Positions 1-8,259 of a stretch of 32,000 bases of DNA are shown here, in pieces (positions within the stretch are counted from its first letter, which is position 1; the number at the start of each line of letters is the position of its first letter). Source of the DNA: Candidatus Nanosynbacter lyticus (lineage in GTDB: Bacteria; Patescibacteriota; Saccharimonadia; Saccharimonadales; Saccharimonadaceae); contig NZ_CP007496.1 in assembly GCF_000803625.1 (NCBI RefSeq), positions 30,001 through 62,000 on the forward strand, given 5' to 3'. A program made the translations under genes and the position numbers. The notes beneath the pieces were generated by a model. It worked only from the letters and a program-made list of their open reading frames with translations, did no database searches and had not been told where the DNA came from.

Positions 1-900
1 GTGCCAATTGAGGCGGCGGTGATGACTAACTTGACTCAAGATCACCTGGATTACCATAAAACAATGGAAGAGTATGCAGAGGCAAAGGCTAAATTATTTG
101 AAAAGCAGCCAAAATATATCGTGTTAAATCGCGATGATAAGTGGTTTGAATATTTCAATAAGTTTAATGCTTCTGGCGAAAAGATGACGTACGGTGTGAG
201 TCCGGAGGCCGAGGCTCGGATAACACACATTAAGCTTTATAAAAAGGGCACTGAAGCAAGTTTGCTCATTGACCATCAGACCCATTTGGAGTTGGCGACT
301 AATTTACCTGGTGAATTTAATGTACTTAATATGTCAGCGGCAGTGTCTTTGGCGTATTTGCTCGGTATAAAGCTAGAAGATATTCAAGAAGGCGTGGCAA
401 ATCTGGAGACGATTCCAGGGCGTTTTGAGCGAGTGGATAATAAGCGCGGAATTGATATTATCGTGGATTATGCGCACACGCCAGATGCATTGGAGAAATT
501 GTTAAAAACGACACGGAGAATTGCTAAAGGGAGATTATTCTTAGTCTTCGGCGCGTGTGGTGACCGAGATAAAACAAAGCGACCAATTATGGGAGAGCTG
601 GCGGCTAATTTGGCGGATAGAATTTTTCTAACAGACGAAGAGAGCTATAGTGAGAATCCAGATGATATTCGGGCAATGATTCGACAGGGAATTGAGCGAA
701 CAAAGAAGGTTCATAAGATGACGGAAATTGCTGATCGAAAACAAGCGATTTATCAGGCACTAAAATCAGCCGTACGTGGCGATACGGTTCTAATTACCGG
801 TATGGGTCATGAGCAGTATCGAATTGTTAACGGTAAGCGAATTCCGTGGAATGATAAGACGGTTGTAAAAGAAGTTCTCGGGATAGAGAAAAATAAATAA
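1..900 (+). CDS. murE: MurE-type Mur ligase (UDP-MurNAc-L-Ala-D-Glu:diamino acid ligase), C-terminal ~299 aa; the 5' end lies outside the window
   Basis: The ORF runs off the left edge. Mur-ligase central and C-terminal motifs are present: TNLTQDHLDYH, VDYAHTPDALEKLL, FGACGDRDKTKRP, GMGHEQY. It aligns colinearly with my recollection of the E. coli MurE C-terminus. Confidence 0.85.
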   Translation: MPIEAAVMTNLTQDHLDYHKTMEEYAEAKAKLFEKQPKYIVLNRDDKWFEYFNKFNASGEKMTYGVSPEAEARITHIKLYKKGTEASLLIDHQTHLELATNLPGEFNVLNMSAAVSLAYLLGIKLEDIQEGVANLETIPGRFERVDNKRGIDIIVDYAHTPDALEKLLKTTRRIAKGRLFLVFGACGDRDKTKRPIMGELAANLADRIFLTDEESYSENPDDIRAMIRQGIERTKKVHKMTEIADRKQAIYQALKSAVRGDTVLITGMGHEQYRIVNGKRIPWNDKTVVKEVLGIEKNK

Positions 901-981
901 TTCGGCCAACTATTTATCAAGCTTTTATGAACAGTTAATGATATCTGTCGGTCTATCGATTGGATAGTGAATTAATTAAAA

Positions 982-2259
982 CTAATAAGGTTGATCGAAA
1001 AATTGCTGTTTCTTTTTAAGCCAGGTTTCTGATTGGCGGACAAGTTTTTGGCTGTCAGCGGGGTTATTGAGCAGTGGTTTAATAGTTTCCTCGAGATATA
1101 TGCCGCCCTGTGAGCCCTTGAAAAGGATTGTCGTGTCTTTAATTCCTTTACTCTTTAAGAACTCTCCAGCTTCTGGTGATTTGTCAAATGACAAAACCTT
1201 GCAACCATTTTTTTCAGCAATTGGTGCAAGGTGTTTTTTAGCTAATTTACCGACGGTAATCAGTAGGTCTAATTGCTTGGGGTCACACAGTCTACCAATT
1301 TTTTCATGCTCCAGCTTAGAGGAATCGCCAAGCTCATTCATGTCGCCTAAAACCGCAATTTTACGACTTGCTTCCAGAGAGTAAAGTGTTTTTAGGGAAT
1401 TTTCCATAGCAACGGGACTGGCGTTATAGGTGTCGTCTAGTAGGGTGCATCCTTGCGTGCCGCGTAGAATATTCATCCTACCGGAGACAGGTTTAATTTT
1501 CGTTAAGGCTGCTGCGACTTCGTCAATATTCATGCCGCAAGCTAGACCTGCTGCTGCCGCGCCAGTGATAGAGCGGATGTTGTGCTTGCCTAATACGGAG
1601 ATATTGATGTTGCGAGACTCTTCTTGATTGTGCCGTAAAGTTGCAATGTAGCCGTCGCTAGTAGTTTCTTTAATTTGCAAGAGAACATCGGCAGATTCAT
1701 CGCCGTAGCTTATTTTTTTGCCAATTATAAGTGAGTGATATTTTTTATCAATATCGTGAAAATTGAAGATGGTTTTTTTAGCAACTTGACTAATGGACAA
1801 TTCTTCGCGCGCCACCACGTCAATTGTTTTAAAAAACTCCATATGTTCTGGTGCGACAGAGGTGATTATAGCGATATCAGGCTGAATGTAGCGCATAAAT
1901 GTTGCCATTTCACCCGGACAATCAATGCCACATTCTTGGATAATGATGTCAGGCGATTGCGGATTTTTAATACTAGAACGGGCAGCGGAGAAGACTTTTA
2001 GCCAATCTAGGGGCGATTTGACGTTTTTTGGTCCGTCAATACCAAGAATTTCTAAAGGTGCGCTTAAGGTGGTATTCAAGTTGCCGCGGCTGTGACGAAC
2101 GATAAACTTTTCCGATAAAACGGTGGTAGTTGCTGATTTGACGCTGGTTTTACCGACGCTACCAACCACAGCGATTAATTTAACATTGGAATGAGATTTA
2201 AAATATTTTTTAACGTAAGATCCAAGGATTTTTTCTAAGAGGTGTTTGAATAATTGCAT
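982..2259 (-). CDS. murF: UDP-MurNAc-tripeptide--D-alanyl-D-alanine ligase (MurF-like), lacking the usual N-terminal domain
   Basis: 425-aa ORF. It has the P-loop VVGSVGKTS at residues 32-40, APEHMEFF, the MurF-typical DDTYNASP, VLGDMNELG and KGSQGG. Confidence 0.8.
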   Translation of the reverse strand: MQLFKHLLEKILGSYVKKYFKSHSNVKLIAVVGSVGKTSVKSATTTVLSEKFIVRHSRGNLNTTLSAPLEILGIDGPKNVKSPLDWLKVFSAARSSIKNPQSPDIIIQECGIDCPGEMATFMRYIQPDIAIITSVAPEHMEFFKTIDVVAREELSISQVAKKTIFNFHDIDKKYHSLIIGKKISYGDESADVLLQIKETTSDGYIATLRHNQEESRNINISVLGKHNIRSITGAAAAGLACGMNIDEVAAALTKIKPVSGRMNILRGTQGCTLLDDTYNASPVAMENSLKTLYSLEASRKIAVLGDMNELGDSSKLEHEKIGRLCDPKQLDLLITVGKLAKKHLAPIAEKNGCKVLSFDKSPEAGEFLKSKGIKDTTILFKGSQGGIYLEETIKPLLNNPADSQKLVRQSETWLKKKQQFFDQPY

Positions 2260-2274
2260 GAGGATATTATATCA
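2260..2274 (-). promoter_or_regulatory. Extended -10 promoter placed for a leaderless murF mRNA
   Basis: The minus strand reads cTGaTATAAT-atcctc-ATG. The -10 is at 2271..2266 and the ATG at 2259. There is no SD between them. Confidence 0.55.
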
Positions 2275-2292
2275 GACTGATAGTAATTAAAA

Positions 2293-2319
2293 TTAGCACT
2301 CAAGCTTGACGAGTGCCAA
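2293..2319 (+). promoter_or_regulatory. CIRCE operator (HrcA-binding inverted repeat) upstream of groES-groEL
   Basis: TTAGCACTC-aagcttgac-GAGTGCCAA compares with the CIRCE consensus TTAGCACTC-N9-GAGTGCTAA with one mismatch. It overlaps the -35 of the groES promoter. Confidence 0.9.
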
Positions 2320-2335
2320 ATTGGTGCGTTACAAT
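2306..2335 (+). promoter_or_regulatory. Sigma-70-type promoter of groES-groEL
   Basis: TTGACG (2306-2311), an 18-nt spacer, then TACAAT (2330-2335). It lies about 30 nt upstream of the groES start. Confidence 0.65.
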
Positions 2336-2365
2336 AGGTTTATTGTTAACGAAATGGAGGATATT

Positions 2366-2632
2366 GTGAGCGTACCTATTCAGCCTCTTGGCGACCGTGT
2401 GGTAGCGGTGCGGGAAGAAGCAAAAACGCAGACGGCGAGTGGAATTTACTTGCCTGATAATGCTAAAGAAAAGCCAATAATTGCTGAAATTAAAGCAGTT
2501 GGCGGCGATGTTAAGAATGTTAAGATTGGCGATCGAATTATCTACAAGGAATATTCGACCACGGATTTGAAAATTGACGGTACGGAATATTTGATTGTCC
2601 GCGAGGAAGATATTTTAGCAACGGTTGTTTGA
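2366..2632 (+). CDS. groES: Co-chaperonin GroES
   Basis: VPIQPLGDRVVAV...GIYLPD...GDRIIYKEY...YLIVREEDILATV is colinear with GroES. A GTG at 2366 lies 5 nt after GGAGG (2356-2360). An in-frame ATG at 2354 is the alternative start. The tracked TTG at 2306 would lie inside CIRCE and the promoter. Confidence 0.9.
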   Translation: MSVPIQPLGDRVVAVREEAKTQTASGIYLPDNAKEKPIIAEIKAVGGDVKNVKIGDRIIYKEYSTTDLKIDGTEYLIVREEDILATVV

Positions 2633-2651
2633 GAAAAGGGGAGTTTTTATT

Positions 2652-4295
2652 ATGGCAAAAAAAGTTTTTTACGATGACGATGCGCGCGCTCGCGTGTTGG
2701 GCGGCGCCGAGGCGCTGTATAATGCAGTTAAGGTAACCTACGGGCCAAAGGGCCGCAATGTGGTGATTGCCAAGGGGTTTGGCGGGCCAACCGTGACGCA
2801 CGATGGCGTGACAGTGGCGGAAGGAATTGAATTACCAGAGAATGACGATGAGACGCTAGGCTACAAGGTTGGTGCGGATTTGATTAAACAAGCGGCCAAG
2901 AACTTGAACAAGCAGGCTGGTGACGGTACCACGACGGTGACGGTGCTGACCTATTCGATTTTGAAAGAGGCCAACCGGTTGATCGCGGCAGGGCACAACC
3001 CGATGGAGCTACGCAAAGGTATCGAGCAGGCTGGCGCGGAAATTGTCAAAGAGCTGAACAAATTAGCTGAGCCAATTGAGGGTAAGTCCGATCGCGTGGC
3101 CGAGGTAGCGACCATTTCGGCGGGTGACGCGGAAATTGGCAAATTGATCGCTGGTGTCATCGAGAAAGTTGGCAAAGACGGCGTGGTGACGGTTGAAGCT
3201 GGCCAAGGTTTGGAGCTGGAAGCCGAGGTTGTTGAGGGCTTCAGCCTAGATAAGGGCTGGGTCAGTCCGTTCTTCGTCACCGACACTGGTCGACAAGAGG
3301 CGGTTTACGAAAAGCCAGCGATTTTGATTACCGATAAGAAAATTTCCAGCGTGCAAGAGTTCCTGCCGATGCTAGAGAAATTAGCACAATCTGGTAAAAA
3401 GGACGTGGTACTAATCGCTGATGAAGTTGAGGGCGAGGCGCTGAGCATTTTGGTATTGAACAAGCTCAAGGGTGTATTTAATACCGTGGCGGTCAAGGCA
3501 CCAAGCTTTGGCGACCGCCGCAAGGAGATTTTGCGTGACATCGCGGTGCTGACCGGCGCAACGGTGATTTCTGAAGATCACGGTTTGACGTTTGAGAATG
3601 CTGGCCTGGAGGTCTTGGGCTCAGCACGCAAGGTGATTGTCGGCAAAGACGAAACCACCATCGTTGAGGGCGCGGGCAAGCCATCAGCCGTGAAGGAGCA
3701 GATCGCTCAGATCAAGGCACTGTCCGACAATGCTTCCAGCGAATACGAAAAAGAACAATTCGACAAGCGGGCGGCGGCGCTATCTGGCAAAGTTGCCGTT
3801 ATCAAAGTCGGCGGTGCGACCGAGACAGAAATTGACGAAAAGAAGTTCCGCGTGGACGACGCCGTGGCAGCCACTAAGGCAGCCTTGGCTGAGGGTATCG
3901 TCGCTGGTGGTGGCGTAACCTTGGTTAATTTGGCTGGCGGTCTGAAGGTGACTGGTGCAGACAGCATCGCGGCTGGCCGGCAGATTTTAAAGGACGCCCT
4001 GAAGCACCCATTCCTGCAGATTATGCGTAACGCTGGTTTGAACGCCGACGCACTACTAGCGCAAGTCGAGGCGGGCAAGGCTGGCTTTGGTGTTAATGTC
4101 ATGAAACCCGAAAATGAATTGGTGGATGTCAAAAAAGCTGGTGTCATCGACCCAGCGCGTGTCACCAAGGAAGCGGTGCAGAACGCGGTATCCATCGCTT
4201 CGACCGCAGCGACCATGGGCGCATTAGTCGTCGACGTGCCAGAGCCAGAAGCTCCAGCTGCGCCTGGCGGCATGCCGGGTATGGGGATGATGTAA
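2652..4295 (+). CDS. groEL: Chaperonin GroEL (Cpn60)
   Basis: MAKKVFYDDDAR...AGDGTTTVTVL...VGGATE...GIVAGGG, with a C-terminal GGMPGMGMM tail. The SD AAGGGGGAG sits upstream of the ATG at 2652. Confidence 0.97.
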   Translation: MAKKVFYDDDARARVLGGAEALYNAVKVTYGPKGRNVVIAKGFGGPTVTHDGVTVAEGIELPENDDETLGYKVGADLIKQAAKNLNKQAGDGTTTVTVLTYSILKEANRLIAAGHNPMELRKGIEQAGAEIVKELNKLAEPIEGKSDRVAEVATISAGDAEIGKLIAGVIEKVGKDGVVTVEAGQGLELEAEVVEGFSLDKGWVSPFFVTDTGRQEAVYEKPAILITDKKISSVQEFLPMLEKLAQSGKKDVVLIADEVEGEALSILVLNKLKGVFNTVAVKAPSFGDRRKEILRDIAVLTGATVISEDHGLTFENAGLEVLGSARKVIVGKDETTIVEGAGKPSAVKEQIAQIKALSDNASSEYEKEQFDKRAAALSGKVAVIKVGGATETEIDEKKFRVDDAVAATKAALAEGIVAGGGVTLVNLAGGLKVTGADSIAAGRQILKDALKHPFLQIMRNAGLNADALLAQVEAGKAGFGVNVMKPENELVDVKKAGVIDPARVTKEAVQNAVSIASTAATMGALVVDVPEPEAPAAPGGMPGMGMM

Positions 4296-4313
4296 GTTCA
4301 TTCTGTTAGTAAT

Positions 4314-4344
4314 AAAAATCCCGCCAGAGTCAGCGGGATTTTTT
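4314..4344. terminator. Bidirectional rho-independent terminator between groEL and the convergent orphan gene
   Basis: Perfect 11-bp stem aaaaatcccgc/gcgggattttt with the 8-nt loop cagagtca. It is flanked by A-runs and T-runs on both strands. Confidence 0.8.
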
Positions 4345-4358
4345 ATTGGAGGAATTAA

Positions 4359-4865
4359 CTAGCGGGGATTTGAAAGATAATCAATCTCTTTAATGATATC
4401 CAGCAAGGCTTGAGCGCGACGAGCTTCGTCGGCAATAGCTATAGCCGCATCGTGTGCTGGTGCAATAAGGCTTTTATCATCAGTAGAGCGCAACAATAAT
4501 AGGTAAGTGTCAAACTTTTCTTCTGGTGAAACATCAAGCTTATCAACCAACGGACGAAGTTCATTTAAAGCAGTCTGCTTAATGCTGTCAAGCGTAGGGT
4601 CTGTAGTTGGGTGTGATGAATCCGTGGATATCGTTGGTGTTGGATTTACAGCTACTGGATTTACAGAAGGCTCAACTACAGGCTGGCTATTGTCTTCATC
4701 TGTAGTAACAGGGTCTGGTGAAATAGTTGCAGGATTAACCGTTGGAGTAACTATATTATTTGTTTCTTCAAATTGTAAATTATTATCTGTGTCTTGTGAC
4801 ACACCAGCTAATACCTTAGCTAACTCCTGGTCGTCACTGATTGATTGATTAGCTCGAGAATCCAT
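4359..4865 (-). CDS. Hypothetical acidic protein with a Pro/Thr/Val-rich low-complexity centre
   Basis: 168-aa ORF with the SD AAGGTGGG 7 nt upstream of the ATG. I recognise no family motif. Confidence 0.6.
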   Translation of the reverse strand: MDSRANQSISDDQELAKVLAGVSQDTDNNLQFEETNNIVTPTVNPATISPDPVTTDEDNSQPVVEPSVNPVAVNPTPTISTDSSHPTTDPTLDSIKQTALNELRPLVDKLDVSPEEKFDTYLLLLRSTDDKSLIAPAHDAAIAIADEARRAQALLDIIKEIDYLSNPR

Positions 4866-4942
4866 TTATAACCCACCTTATATGTTAAATTGTTTAAGCT
4901 TATTATGTTATACTATAGCATGAGTGAATTGAGGAGTGCAAG

Positions 4943-5983
4943 ATGTTAGATGACATAAATGTGATAAAACAGTATGATCCAGGAGATGTGCTTAGTGGTG
5001 TTTTGAACATTCCGGAACAAGCACGCTACGAAGTAGTAGTTCACGAGGGGTCAAATCAGCGACGTGATTTTAAGAATATTGTAATTGCTGGAATGGGTGG
5101 ATCAGCGCTGGCGGCAGATATGGTCCGAGTATTAACTGCAGGTTGGTTGCATCTTCCACTAGAAGTAGTAAAGGGCTATGATTTGCCGGGTTTTGTTGGT
5201 GAAGAAACGCTGGTTATTGCGGTTAGTCATTCAGGTAATACCGAAGAAACATTGAGTTGTTATCAGCAAGCATTAGATAAAAAATCTTGCTTAGCAGTAA
5301 TGTCAACTGGCGGAGAATTGATTAAGCGAGCAAATAACGACAATATCACGTACGCTCAGATTCCAGCGGGCACTCAGCCACGCATGTCGACTGTTTATCA
5401 TTTGCGAGGGCTATTGAAATTATTACAGTATTTTTGGGTGATTGACGGCGATTTATATAATCAGGTGGCGGATAGTGCTGACTGGCTGGAGGGTGAAATT
5501 TCTCATTGGACGCCTGCAGTGCCAGAGAAAAATAATCTAGCTAAGCAGATTGCTAAAATGACAATTGGTAAAACGTTAGTTATTTTTGGTGGTGAATTAA
5601 CTTGGCCGCTGGCTTACAAATGGAAGATTAGTTGGAATGAATCAGCAAAGAATTTGGCGTTCTCTAATCAGTATCCAGAGTTTAACCATAACGAGTTTAT
5701 TGGCTGGTCGTCACATCCAGTAGAAAAACCGTTTACGGTCTTTGATATTCGTAGTAATTTGGAGCAAGCTAGGATCCGCGAACGGATGGAATTAAGCGAC
5801 CGTCTGTTGAGCGGCAAGCGACCAAAAGCGCACGTACTGGAACTCCAGGGAAGGACGCTGATGCAACAATTATTATGGGGATTAGTATTGGCTGATGCAG
5901 CTAGTATTTATACAGCAATTCTCAATGGCGTTAATCCGGGGCCAGTCCATCTAATTGAAAAGTTAAAGGCTGAGTTAAGTTAA
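4943..5983 (+). CDS. SIS-domain bifunctional phosphoglucose/phosphomannose isomerase
   Basis: GMGGSALAADMVR and AVSHSGNTEETL are SIS motifs, and the length is about 346 aa. The SD GAGGAG sits upstream of the ATG at 4943. Confidence 0.75.
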   Translation: MLDDINVIKQYDPGDVLSGVLNIPEQARYEVVVHEGSNQRRDFKNIVIAGMGGSALAADMVRVLTAGWLHLPLEVVKGYDLPGFVGEETLVIAVSHSGNTEETLSCYQQALDKKSCLAVMSTGGELIKRANNDNITYAQIPAGTQPRMSTVYHLRGLLKLLQYFWVIDGDLYNQVADSADWLEGEISHWTPAVPEKNNLAKQIAKMTIGKTLVIFGGELTWPLAYKWKISWNESAKNLAFSNQYPEFNHNEFIGWSSHPVEKPFTVFDIRSNLEQARIRERMELSDRLLSGKRPKAHVLELQGRTLMQQLLWGLVLADAASIYTAILNGVNPGPVHLIEKLKAELS

Positions 5984-7191
5984 TATCTTAGTGATTCAAT
6001 TGGGTCTCGTTTGGTGGCGCGGGCTGCTGGATAGACACCAGAAATTACACCAATAATCAACGAAAGTCCAATTGATAAGACGGCTGTTTGCCAATATATG
6101 TATGGCGTGAGAGGAAGATATAAGCTTACTAAATAAACTCCAGTGATTCCTAATCCGTAGCCAAATATACCGCCTAGTAGTCCAATGATGGCTGCTTCGA
6201 TTAAGAATTGGTTGATAATGTCCCAACCTGTAGCGCCAACTGCTCGCCTAACGCCAACTTCTCGCTGACGTTCGGCAACGTTGACTAACATTACGTTCAT
6301 AATACCAACTCCGCCGATTAATAGAGAGATGATACCGATAACTGTGAGGATTATTGAGATAAACTTTGCTAGGTTAGATTTCTTCTCATTGATTTCATCG
6401 CCAGAAACAATTCGATAATTTTTGTCGCTATCGTGGTTTTTCTTCAGGATATTATTAGCAGATGCTATGGCTGATCCAAGATCTTGATGGCTATTGGTGG
6501 TCATGACAATTTGCTGAATTTGCGGCGTTCCTTGTGTGAATTTTTTAACCACCGAAAGAGGTGTAATGGCGGCATTATTAAAATCTATATCCAGGTAACT
6601 AACTGGATTTTCGATATTTTTTAATACACCGACAACCGTTAGGGGTTGATTGCGGATAAAAATAACATTACCAATAGATTTCTCGGTGCCGAATAAATCA
6701 ATTGATAGCTGTTGACCAACTACAACTCCGCCTACTTCGTTGATAAATTCTCCATGAGCAATTTGCAGATTAGTGACATCTTTAAGAGACTCCGTGCTGC
6801 CAATTAGCGTGGCGTTTTGAGTATCAATTTTACCATCACGGGCGCGTAGTTCAGTATGTAAAAAGGCAATAGGTGCGGCTTTTGTATTGGTTATTTTACT
6901 AATATCCTTAGAATCTTTCTCGGTCAGAGTATTAACAGTGGTTGCGTTATCTGATTCTGTTAGTAGATTAGTGACATCTTTTTTATTGCCAGACTTAACT
7001 ATAGCAACAGGCTCACTGGAATGTTTAGTGGTACCACCGAATAGTTGATTAATGCCACTAGTTAAGGACAGAACCATGGTAATACTGGCAATACCAATCG
7101 TCACACCCATGACTGTTAAAAAGGTACGTCCACGATTAGCCTTCAGTGCTTGAGTGGCGCTCTCAAAATGATTTCTTATCAATATTTTCAT
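5980..7191 (-). CDS. ABC transporter permease, MacB/FtsX-like
   Basis: It has an N-terminal TM (RTFLTVMGVTIGIASIT), a large periplasmic-type domain and a C-terminal FtsX region (REVGVRRAVGAT...). Its ATG overlaps the stop of the upstream ATPase gene (ATGA). Confidence 0.85.
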   Translation of the reverse strand: MKILIRNHFESATQALKANRGRTFLTVMGVTIGIASITMVLSLTSGINQLFGGTTKHSSEPVAIVKSGNKKDVTNLLTESDNATTVNTLTEKDSKDISKITNTKAAPIAFLHTELRARDGKIDTQNATLIGSTESLKDVTNLQIAHGEFINEVGGVVVGQQLSIDLFGTEKSIGNVIFIRNQPLTVVGVLKNIENPVSYLDIDFNNAAITPLSVVKKFTQGTPQIQQIVMTTNSHQDLGSAIASANNILKKNHDSDKNYRIVSGDEINEKKSNLAKFISIILTVIGIISLLIGGVGIMNVMLVNVAERQREVGVRRAVGATGWDIINQFLIEAAIIGLLGGIFGYGLGITGVYLVSLYLPLTPYIYWQTAVLSIGLSLIIGVISGVYPAARATKRDPIESLRY

Positions 7192-7982
7192 GATTTTTTT
7201 GCCTTCTTTTTAGTCGAAGATTTTTTATTCCTATACTTATCTTCTTTTTCATCATCTTCAATAAGTTTCTTAGTGAATTTACGCTTTTCTTTATGCTCAT
7301 CAGTATCAATTTTACCGTCCAGCATAGTGATGACGCGGCTGGCGTAATGGATCAGTTCTGGGTTATGAGTAACCATAATTATGGTATTACCACGACGATG
7401 CAGGTCTGATAGCTCTTCCATGATAAGGTGACTTGATTTACTATCAAGGTTACCTGTTGGCTCGTCGGCAAGGATAATTGATGGGCTATTAACTAGTGCC
7501 CTGGCAATTGCTACACGCTGGACTTGACCGCCGGATAATTGATGTGGCATGTAGTATTCACGCTGGCCTAGGTGAAAGGTTTTTAGGATACGACTAGCCT
7601 CTTGTAGACGTTTAACTTTTCCTAGCCCCTTGTAAGTCAAGGGTAGTGCTACGTTTTCGATGACAGTTAATCGAGGAATTAGGTTAAAATTTTGAAAAAC
7701 AAAGCCAATGTGTTTGGAGCGAATTTTAGCGCGTCGTCGTGAATTTAGGTTATCTACGGCAACGTCATCTAGGTAGTATTCTCCTTCGGATGGCTGGTCT
7801 AATAGACCGAGGGTATTTAAGAGGGTGGTCTTGCCGCAGCCGCTTGGGCCCATAATAGCAATAAACTCACCTTTTTTAACGGTTAAATTAACGTTATCTA
7901 AGGCGCGAATTTCAGCATCGCCAAAGCCAAATTTTTTGGTGACATTAACAAGCCTAATGCGTGGTGGAATTGCTTCTTTCAT
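7188..7982 (-). CDS. ABC transporter ATP-binding protein (MacB/LolD-like) with a Lys-rich C-terminal tail
   Basis: Walker A GPSGCGKTT, Q-loop, signature LSGGQVQR, Walker B ILADEPT and an H-loop are present. I place the start at ATG 7982 (MKEAIPP...). The longer tracked ORF reads through the antisense of the tRNA gene. Confidence 0.88.
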   Translation of the reverse strand: MKEAIPPRIRLVNVTKKFGFGDAEIRALDNVNLTVKKGEFIAIMGPSGCGKTTLLNTLGLLDQPSEGEYYLDDVAVDNLNSRRRAKIRSKHIGFVFQNFNLIPRLTVIENVALPLTYKGLGKVKRLQEASRILKTFHLGQREYYMPHQLSGGQVQRVAIARALVNSPSIILADEPTGNLDSKSSHLIMEELSDLHRRGNTIIMVTHNPELIHYASRVITMLDGKIDTDEHKEKRKFTKKLIEDDEKEDKYRNKKSSTKKKAKKS

Positions 7983-8041
7983 CTTTTCTTCATTATAAGA
8001 ATAGGTATTGATAAGTGCAACCATAAGTGATAATAAAATTG

Positions 8042-8059
8042 TGGTATAATTATCAACAA
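8042..8059 (+). promoter_or_regulatory. Extended -10 promoter of tRNA-Ser
   Basis: TGgTATAAT occupies 8042-8050 and ends 9 nt before the predicted mature tRNA 5' end at 8060. Confidence 0.5.
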
Positions 8060-8149
8060 GGAAGGGTGCAGGAGTGGTTGAACTGGCACGCCTGGAACGC
8101 GTGTAACGGAGCAATCTGTTCGAGGGTTCGAATCCCTCTCCTTCCGCCA
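8060..8149 (+). tRNA. tRNA-Ser (anticodon GGA), class II, with encoded CCA
   Basis: Manual cloverleaf: acceptor GGAAGGG/TCCTTCC (one G-U), D stem CAG/CTG, anticodon stem CACGC/GCGTG with loop CT-GGA-AC, a long variable arm, T arm GAGGG-TTCGAAT-CCCTC, discriminator G, then CCA. Confidence 0.9.
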
Positions 8150-8228
8150 CGGAGGAGTCTCTAGTGTGTTTGAATTTATCTAATATTTTATTCGTGCAGT
8201 AGATATTGTTTTACCTGATGTTATTAAA

Positions 8229-8259
8229 AAGATAAGAAGACAGCTTCTTTGATTATCTT
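8229..8259. terminator. Hairpin between tRNA-Ser and the convergent orphan gene (possible terminator)
   Basis: aagataa/ttatctt (7 bp) plus gaag/cttc (4 bp), with a 4-nt loop and a 5-nt bulge. T-rich sequence follows on the + strand. Confidence 0.35.

Noticed and set aside
2270-2282. 13-bp palindrome TATCAGACTGATA overlapping the murF -10
   Set aside because: About eight 6-bp arms with a 1-nt centre are expected by chance in 32 kb, and there is no second copy in the window.
2951-4273. Several 60-190-aa ORFs antisense or out of frame within groEL (2951-3286, 3305-3541, 3493-3684, 3707-4273, 3730-3918)
   Set aside because: They are shadow ORFs typical of a GC-richer, strongly codon-biased gene. 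They are Ala/Ser/Pro/Thr-rich, have no starts with an SD or promoter, and lie fully inside a certain gene.
7983-8150. N-terminal extension of the ABC ATPase ORF ([14 protein letters not shown]...)
   Set aside because: It is the antisense reading of the tRNA-Ser gene. The GFEPS peptide is the classic translation of the GGTTCGAATCC T-arm. The ATPase domain begins at the ATG at 7982.
8139-8158. Complementarity between the tRNA-Ser 3' acceptor strand (CTCCTTCCG) and the downstream CGGAGGAG
   Set aside because: It is a short, bulged stem with a 3-nt loop that would compete with the tRNA acceptor stem. It is most likely coincidental.
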